DNA from: Bacteriovoracaceae bacterium
GTDB taxonomy: Bacteria; Bdellovibrionota; Bacteriovoracia; Bacteriovoracales; Bacteriovoracaceae
Direction: 5' to 3'
Length of the DNA stretch: 64,000 nucleotides
Assembly (NCBI GenBank): GCA_947461175.1
Contig: CANHIY010000001.1
Coordinates: 1,923 to 65,922 of the forward strand
The stretch's first letter is position 1; the number at the start of each line of letters is the position of its first letter. The notes under the pieces were generated by a model. The model was given only the letters and a program-made list of their open reading frames with translations. It was not told the origin of the DNA and did no database searches. The translations under genes were made by a program, and so were the position numbers. Shown here one piece after another: positions 57,959 to 64,000 of the stretch.

Positions 57959-59062
57959 CTAAGTCTCATCAAGTTTTAGATGACCCAACATTTTTCCTAA
58001 ATTAGTTTTAGGTTCAGGTTGAATTTTTGGCCCTTTGGGGGGTTCTTGCTTTTTATATTCTCCTCTCTCCTGTACTTCTTCTTCCTGAATGTATTCAGGA
58101 TAATAAGGAAGATCAGATTTATAAATAATCCGGTCTAAATGCTTCACAAACCCAGACCAGTGGCCGGTGGTCGAATCAGTTTTTCTGATCATCTCAAGGC
58201 TTCCCATTTTAGAATCCATGAGGTCAATCAAGTGAACAAGATAGGCCTCAGAAGTTTGTGGAATCTTAGGAGATCCATATTCATATTCCCCATGGTGAGA
58301 CAGGAGGATGTGTTTTAGGTGCATTTTTAAGTAATGAGGGAAATTTTTTATTTTGTAAGAAAACCGATCAACAATTTCAAGTCCTTTTACCAAGTGACCT
58401 ACGAGTTTCCCCTCTTCAGTGTAATCCACATTAATGCCGTCAGTGAGTTCGTAAATTTTGCACATATCATGAAGGATACAGCCTGCTACCACATAGTTTT
58501 CGTTAACCTTGTAATGCTTGGAAAGGATTAAGGCCAGTTCACTACAAGAGAGAATATGTTCTAAAAGACCTGATTGATAGGCGTGGTGAATAGACTTTCC
58601 GGCCTGCCAGGTTTTAAGTCTCCTGGCGATCTCTCCATCAGTTACGATATTTCTCAGAAGGTCTCTTATGTAAACATCCGAAAGACCATCAATGATTTTT
58701 AAAAGCTTTTTATACATCACTTCAGGATCTTCAAAAGCTTTCATGATAAAGTCATCCAGATTAACTTCGGATTGATCAACTTTTTGAATATGGTTGATGA
58801 TAAACTGTTTTCTACCCTGATAAAAATTGAGCTTCCCCTTCACTCTGACAAAAGAATTTTTAATGATCGTATTTTCAACTTCCGTTGAATAATTCCAGAG
58901 CCTTGATTCCAAATCACCACTGGAGTCAGTCAGGATTATATTAAAGTATTTCTTCCCACTCTTATCCTCCATGGCATTGATGATTTTTACCAGGAAAGTG
59001 GTCTCTAATTCTTCCTTACCTTGTAATTGTGAAACAAAAATTTTTTTCATATTCTGACTCAT
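57959..59062 (-). CDS. YhaM-like 3'-5' exoribonuclease (OB fold + HD)
   Basis: OB (LTDSSG, VKGK), HHAYQSGLLEH, LHDMCK, GHL, SHHG, EA...H.ID.MD. Confidence 0.88.
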   Translation of the reverse strand: MSQNMKKIFVSQLQGKEELETTFLVKIINAMEDKSGKKYFNIILTDSSGDLESRLWNYSTEVENTIIKNSFVRVKGKLNFYQGRKQFIINHIQKVDQSEVNLDDFIMKAFEDPEVMYKKLLKIIDGLSDVYIRDLLRNIVTDGEIARRLKTWQAGKSIHHAYQSGLLEHILSCSELALILSKHYKVNENYVVAGCILHDMCKIYELTDGINVDYTEEGKLVGHLVKGLEIVDRFSYKIKNFPHYLKMHLKHILLSHHGEYEYGSPKIPQTSEAYLVHLIDLMDSKMGSLEMIRKTDSTTGHWSGFVKHLDRIIYKSDLPYYPEYIQEEEVQERGEYKKQEPPKGPKIQPEPKTNLGKMLGHLKLDET

Positions 59063-59250
59063 GCGTTAAGTGCTTAAAATTCGAACTTCAGGGTACACTG
59101 ATCTCCCTGAAATCGCTACACAAAACCTCTTCCTTGGAGTATCTTCTATAGCCATCACACTTGATTTTTCAGGGTTGAAGTCCGGAATGCCTAAAATAAC
59201 TTAGTTTTTTAAATATGTTTTAAGTCACCTATTGTGACGTGAGGAGTCTT

Positions 59251-60279
59251 ATGAAAACAGTAAAAGTTGGAGTTAATGGTGTTGGTCGCATTGGTCGCAC
59301 AATCCTACGTGTTTATTTTGAGCGGTTGAAAAAGAATTCAAATACAAATATTGAGATTGTGGCCATCAACAATCCCGGTGAACCAAAGCCCTATCTTCAC
59401 CTTATTAAGCATGACTCTCTCCATGGAAAACTAGAGGGAGATTTTTCATTTGATCCAGAAAAAAGAGAAATTCATTACGAAGGGAAAAAAATAAAATTCT
59501 TTAACTTCAAAGATCCTGAAGAGATTGACTGGTCTTCCCTTGGAGCGCAAATTGTTATCGACTGTACAGGAAAATTTAAGGACAAGGCAAAACTTGGTCT
59601 TCACATGAAAGGATCAGTTAAAAAAGTCATCATGTGTGCCCCTGGAAAAGATCTGGATGGAACTTTTGTGGTTGGAATCAATCATGAAACTTATGATCAC
59701 TCCAAACATCACATTATCTCGAATGCTTCATGTACCACAAACTGTCTGGCACCTGTGGTGAAAGTTCTTATGGAAAACTTTGGGATTGTAAATGGTCTCA
59801 TGACAACAGTTCACTCTTATACCTCAGACCAAAACCTACTGGATAATGCCCACGAGGACTTACGAAGGGCAAGGGCCGCTAACCTTTCCATGATCCCCAC
59901 TTCTACTGGTGCCGCCAAGGCATTGGGCGAAGTTATTCCTGAAGCCAAAGGTAAACTTGATGGGTATGCAGTCCGAGTTCCAACACCGGATGTGTCCATG
60001 GTTGACTTAACAGTTGTTTTAGAAAAAAAGGCCTCTAAGGATGAGATCAATATGGCCATGAAAAAAGCCTCAGAAACTCATTTGAAGGACATCCTCGGTT
60101 ACACCGAAGAAGAACTCGTGTCCCAGGACTTCATGGGGGCCAGCGAGTCGTCCTACTTTGATGCAAAATTAACGAATGTTATTGGGAACACAGCAAAGAT
60201 TGTGAGCTGGTATGACAATGAGGTTGGTTTTTCTAACAGAGTTGTTGATCTCGCCCACTACATTGGACAAAAACTTTAA
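59251..60279 (+). CDS. gap: Glyceraldehyde-3-phosphate dehydrogenase
   Basis: NGVGRIGR, SNASCTTNCLAP, IPTSTGAAK, RVPT, WYDNE; GAGGAG RBS. Confidence 0.98.
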   Translation: MKTVKVGVNGVGRIGRTILRVYFERLKKNSNTNIEIVAINNPGEPKPYLHLIKHDSLHGKLEGDFSFDPEKREIHYEGKKIKFFNFKDPEEIDWSSLGAQIVIDCTGKFKDKAKLGLHMKGSVKKVIMCAPGKDLDGTFVVGINHETYDHSKHHIISNASCTTNCLAPVVKVLMENFGIVNGLMTTVHSYTSDQNLLDNAHEDLRRARAANLSMIPTSTGAAKALGEVIPEAKGKLDGYAVRVPTPDVSMVDLTVVLEKKASKDEINMAMKKASETHLKDILGYTEEELVSQDFMGASESSYFDAKLTNVIGNTAKIVSWYDNEVGFSNRVVDLAHYIGQKL

Positions 60280-60300
60280 TTCCACCTAAGGGGAGCATGT

Positions 60301-61488
60301 ATGCAACTTAAGTCTATACAGGACGCTGATCTAAAAGGAAAAAGAGTTGTTGCTCGTTTTGACTTCAACGTGCCTCTCACGAAAACTGAACCTAGAACAA
60401 TCACTGATACAAGCCGTATTGATCTTGCGATCCCAACAATCAGATTGATCCTTGAAAAAGGAGCCTCTAAGCTCGTGATGATTAGTCACCTTGGACGTCC
60501 GGATGGCCAGGTTAATCCCAAGTACTCCCTCGAACCAGTTGCCGAATATTTGGCGAAAAAGCTTGGCTCAGATGTGATTCTTTCTGAATCAGCTGTTGAT
60601 AACGGATTAAAAAATCTTTTACAACTTCCAGAGACCAAGATCGTTCTACTGGAGAACGTGCGTTTTCTTCCGGGTGAAGAAAAAAATGATCAAGAACTAG
60701 CTGAGAAACTCTCTCAATACGGAGACGTTTACGTTAATGATGCTTTTGGAGCTGCCCACAGAAAGCACTCCTCTACTTATGCCATTAACACTTTTTTCAA
60801 GAACCGCTCCTATGCAGGTCTTTTAATGAAAAAAGAAATTGAGTCTCTTGGCACTCTTCTTGAAAAACCTTCCAAACCATTTATTGCCATCATCGGTGGA
60901 GCAAAAGTTTCTGATAAAATTAAAACCATCGAAAAAATGCTCGTCCTCGTTGACACCCTTCTCATTGGTGGGGCCATGGCCTATCCCTTCCTTAAGGCGA
61001 AGGGATCTAGTGTGGGTAAATCTCTTTGTTCAGATGAGGATGTGAACCTCGCCAAACATCTTCTTCAGGCAGACAGGGGGCAAAAGATTAAACTTCCCGT
61101 GGACCACATCATGGCGGACTCTCCCGAGGGCCTTCCTGAAACTTGTCACAGTGTGAATATTCCCGAAGATAAAATGGGACTAGATATTGGACCAGAAACG
61201 ATTAAATCTTTCTCCCTTCACCTAAAGACAGCCAAGACCATTTTCTGGAATGGGCCCATGGGGTTATTTGAATCTAAAAGCTTCTCCAACGGAACTATGT
61301 CCATGGCCCACACGATTGCTGGCACAAATGCCTTCTCTGTGGTGGGAGGCGGTGATTCTGTGGCCGCAGTTCAACAGTCCGGTGAAGCTGAAAAATTCTC
61401 CCACGTTTCCTCTGGTGGAGGAGCATCCCTTGAATACATTGAAAAGGGTGAACTTCCTGGGGTTCAGGCCTTAAAATACGGAGTGTAG
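60301..61488 (+). CDS. pgk: Phosphoglycerate kinase
   Basis: DFNVP, SHLGRP, LLENVRF, NDAFG.AHR, GGAKVSDK, WNGPMG, GGGDS, SSGGGA. Confidence 0.98.
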   Translation: MQLKSIQDADLKGKRVVARFDFNVPLTKTEPRTITDTSRIDLAIPTIRLILEKGASKLVMISHLGRPDGQVNPKYSLEPVAEYLAKKLGSDVILSESAVDNGLKNLLQLPETKIVLLENVRFLPGEEKNDQELAEKLSQYGDVYVNDAFGAAHRKHSSTYAINTFFKNRSYAGLLMKKEIESLGTLLEKPSKPFIAIIGGAKVSDKIKTIEKMLVLVDTLLIGGAMAYPFLKAKGSSVGKSLCSDEDVNLAKHLLQADRGQKIKLPVDHIMADSPEGLPETCHSVNIPEDKMGLDIGPETIKSFSLHLKTAKTIFWNGPMGLFESKSFSNGTMSMAHTIAGTNAFSVVGGGDSVAAVQQSGEAEKFSHVSSGGGASLEYIEKGELPGVQALKYGV

Positions 61489-61490
61489 TC

Positions 61491-62228
61491 ATGAATAAAC
61501 TGATGATCGCAAACTGGAAAATGAACAAGAACTCTCACGAAGTTGCTGCTTTTTTTAGCCTTTTCAATGAAAAGTATTCCGGTAAGCGTGATGCCTGGAT
61601 TGCCTCCCAATCACTTCATTTCCCCTTAGTGGAAGAATTAAAAACTTCTACCATTAAAGCTGGTCTTCAAAATTGTTCTGAACACACTGAAGGGGCCTAC
61701 ACCGGTGAGGTTTCTTCAAGGGCCTTAAAAGACATGAACGGACATTTTGTTCTTTTAGGCCACTCTGAAAGAAGACAGTATTTCCAAGAAACTTCAAAAA
61801 ATCTTAACTCCAAAATCCGCACAGCTATTCAAGAAGGACTGGTGGCGGTTTATTGTGTTGGGGAAACTCTTAAAGAGCGTGAATCTGGTCAGACTTTGAC
61901 TATAATTGAGGATCAAATTCATCAGGCCCTAAATGATCAATCTAAAATCAATTCAGAAAATCTAGTCATCGCTTATGAGCCGGTTTGGGCCATTGGAACC
62001 GGTAAAACCGCTACCCCTCTTATGGCACAGGAAGTTCATGCCCATATTAGAAAAGTCCTGAAAACAAAATTTCCAGCCTTTGGAGAAAAGATTAAGATCC
62101 TTTATGGAGGATCCATAAAGCCAGATAATGTTGAAGAATTACTGGCCCAGAAAGACATTGATGGCGGTTTAGTGGGTGGGGCAAGCCTAAAGGCTTCAGA
62201 CTTTTTAGCACTGTGTGGCGACAAGTAA
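61491..62228 (+). CDS. tpiA: Triosephosphate isomerase
   Basis: ANWKMN, GHSERR, AYEPVWAIGTG, YGGS, LVGGASL. Confidence 0.98.
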   Translation: MNKLMIANWKMNKNSHEVAAFFSLFNEKYSGKRDAWIASQSLHFPLVEELKTSTIKAGLQNCSEHTEGAYTGEVSSRALKDMNGHFVLLGHSERRQYFQETSKNLNSKIRTAIQEGLVAVYCVGETLKERESGQTLTIIEDQIHQALNDQSKINSENLVIAYEPVWAIGTGKTATPLMAQEVHAHIRKVLKTKFPAFGEKIKILYGGSIKPDNVEELLAQKDIDGGLVGGASLKASDFLALCGDK

Positions 62229-62292
62229 GTAAAAATCTTGTTTTGCAAGTCATCAAAATTCTGTTAAAAAGTAGTACTAATTTGGAGACTCT

Positions 62293-62694
62293 ATGATTAC
62301 ATTTCTTATCGTTTTACATGTCATTATTTGTATCTTGCTCGTAGTGGCAGTCCTCCTTCAATTTGGTAAAGGTGCAGAGATGGGGGCCGTCATGGGCAGT
62401 GGAGCTTCTCAAGCTGTCTTCTCTAGTTCAGCTAAGGGAAATTTCATGACAAAACTCACCAGCTTCCTGGCGATTGGCTTCATGGTAAATTCCATCGTCC
62501 TCACAACTCTGAAATCCAGAGAGGCCAAAAAGTCACTCTTTGATTCTGAAGCACCTGTGGCACAACCCCTTAATTCTGATGTTCAAGATCTAAATAAAAA
62601 AGAACAGGATACAACTCCAGCTCCAGCTCCAGCTCAAACTGAAACTGCCAAGGAATCTTCTTCTCCTGCAGCTGAAACGAATACTAAGAAATAA
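62293..62694 (+). CDS. secG: Preprotein translocase subunit SecG
   Basis: VLLQFGKGA..GA, FMTKLT; follows tpiA. Confidence 0.93.
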   Translation: MITFLIVLHVIICILLVVAVLLQFGKGAEMGAVMGSGASQAVFSSSAKGNFMTKLTSFLAIGFMVNSIVLTTLKSREAKKSLFDSEAPVAQPLNSDVQDLNKKEQDTTPAPAPAQTETAKESSSPAAETNTKK

Positions 62695-62721
62695 TTTTTA
62701 TGATTTTAGGGATAAGTCCTC

Positions 62722-63867
62722 TTATCCCTGTTTTTTTTTCTTTGTTTCAACGACTTTAACTTTCCCGAAATTAACCTGTTCACTCCTCTCCACCTCCGTA
62801 ATTGGAAGTTTAGCGTAGGGAAGTGCTGGATCAAATGAGTCTGAGAGGATCAACTCTCTTCTCATCTCAGTTTTCACATACCTGACCTGACGGTGAAACG
62901 TTTCAAAAATTTCTGGATCAATTTTTGCCCCACTAGATTTTTTCATAATGGTCATTGCATCTTGAAGAGTAAGGACTTCGTTATAAGACCTTTTCGTTGT
63001 GATGGCGTCGAAAAAATCAGCGATGGTACAAACCCGGGCAAAAAGATGGATTTCTTCTTTTCCCTTAAGCCTTCTTGGATACCCACTTCCATCAAAATTC
63101 TCATGATGCTCATGAATAACTCTGGCTATGATTTTAAGGTCTATGTCTTCATGAACATCAGGCAGTCCATTTAACAATAAACCCAATCCATAATCCGGAT
63201 GGGCCTTCATCATTTCATACTCCTCTTTTGAAAGGCCTTCCGGCTTGTTCAAAATTTGAGTGGGAATTTTTATTTTACCAAGATCATGGAGAAGACCACC
63301 AAGTCCTGCGTGCATGAGCTCTTTTCGGGATGCACCAGGGTTTATTAAACGGTAAATCTGAATACAGTACATAGAAACATTGATGGAGTGGTCATAAGTG
63401 TAAAAATCATGAAATGAAAGATTCCCTAAAAGCCCTCTTAAGGAATCAATATTGTGATCTTCGAGAACATCCATCATGGATTCCACCACGTCTCTACAGG
63501 CATTAATGTTTTTTGCCAGAAGTTCCGTGGAGAACTCTTTTTCCTTATCAAAAATATTATGAAGATACTCTAGGGCCGATTCTTTTATTACTTCCGCCTT
63601 TTGAACATCATCGGCTTTAGATTTAACGAGGCTTTTTAAGTAAAGCTTTCGCTGATCCTCAGGGACAAAAAGAAGAACGTATTTTTTATGAAAACTTTCC
63701 ACCTCATCTTTTTTAAGCACCCCTCCCGAGGAAAAGATTTTCACAAATTTCTCTTTTCCAGTGATAACAGAAGAATTCACATAAAGATCAAATGGAAGAG
63801 GTTTTTCAGTCTCAATAAGATCGTAGCGGATTGAAAAAAAGCTAGGTCGTTTTGTCATGACCATCAT
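62722..63867 (-). CDS. HD-GYP c-di-GMP phosphodiesterase
   Basis: YTYDHSINV, LHDLGK, HHENFDGSGYP, IADFFDAITTKRSY. Confidence 0.92.
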   Translation of the reverse strand: MMVMTKRPSFFSIRYDLIETEKPLPFDLYVNSSVITGKEKFVKIFSSGGVLKKDEVESFHKKYVLLFVPEDQRKLYLKSLVKSKADDVQKAEVIKESALEYLHNIFDKEKEFSTELLAKNINACRDVVESMMDVLEDHNIDSLRGLLGNLSFHDFYTYDHSINVSMYCIQIYRLINPGASRKELMHAGLGGLLHDLGKIKIPTQILNKPEGLSKEEYEMMKAHPDYGLGLLLNGLPDVHEDIDLKIIARVIHEHHENFDGSGYPRRLKGKEEIHLFARVCTIADFFDAITTKRSYNEVLTLQDAMTIMKKSSGAKIDPEIFETFHRQVRYVKTEMRRELILSDSFDPALPYAKLPITEVERSEQVNFGKVKVVETKKKKQG

Positions 63868-63934
63868 TTTATCACTTTTAAGGGAGAGCGTAGGGGGGCA
63901 AATTTAACCCTAAAATTTTAATTGTGACGGGAAT

Positions 63935-63959
63935 AAAAAAGGCCCGCCTAAGGCGGGCC
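63935..63959 (-). terminator. Rho-independent terminator of a gene entering from the right edge
   Basis: GGCCCGCC-TAA-GGCGGGCC with A6 on the left. Confidence 0.75.
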
Positions 63960-63987
63960 CATGACCTACTGATAAATCTGATTTTAA

Positions 63988-64000
63988 TTAAAAGGGAATA
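63988..64000 (-). CDS. Possible 3' end of a single-stranded DNA-binding protein gene
   Basis: Minus strand reads ..T ATT CCC TTT TAA = (D)IPF*, the classic SSB tail, followed by a terminator; only 13 nt are visible. Confidence 0.35.

Noticed and set aside
62612-62636. CTCCAG tandem repeat in secG
   Set aside because: It simply encodes a Pro-Ala low-complexity tail.

Overview
A gene-dense, AT-rich bacterial chromosome segment. The gene content and order look like a predatory Bdellovibrionota (Bacteriovoracaceae-like) genome; this is inference, not a database result. Most of the window is housekeeping: maeB, spoT/relA-gmk-yicC-accA, engB, def, leuS, rluD-pgeF, gap-pgk-tpiA-secG, tRNA-Leu(CAA) and tRNA-Asp(GTC). 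It also holds many secreted hydrolases, lipoproteins and transporters. Main accessory features: (1) At the left edge is a translationally coupled GNAT - LuxE - LuxC operon. Its last gene is absent from the ORF track and encodes a LuxC reductase fused to a PaaK-like adenylate-forming ligase, with no luxAB or luxD in view. (2) A HEPN/MNT toxin-antitoxin pair lies 29 nt behind tRNA-Leu. (3) A ~2.3 kb integrase-less island sits at the tRNA-Asp 3' end, bounded by a 34-bp direct repeat. It carries a phage Rha gene and a perfect 28-bp palindrome, and is followed by an AT-rich rhomboid / FHA-RDD operon. (4) There is an unannotated 52-aa basic protein and a recurring leaderless-promoter signature. All calls come from motif reading by eye; no searches were run.
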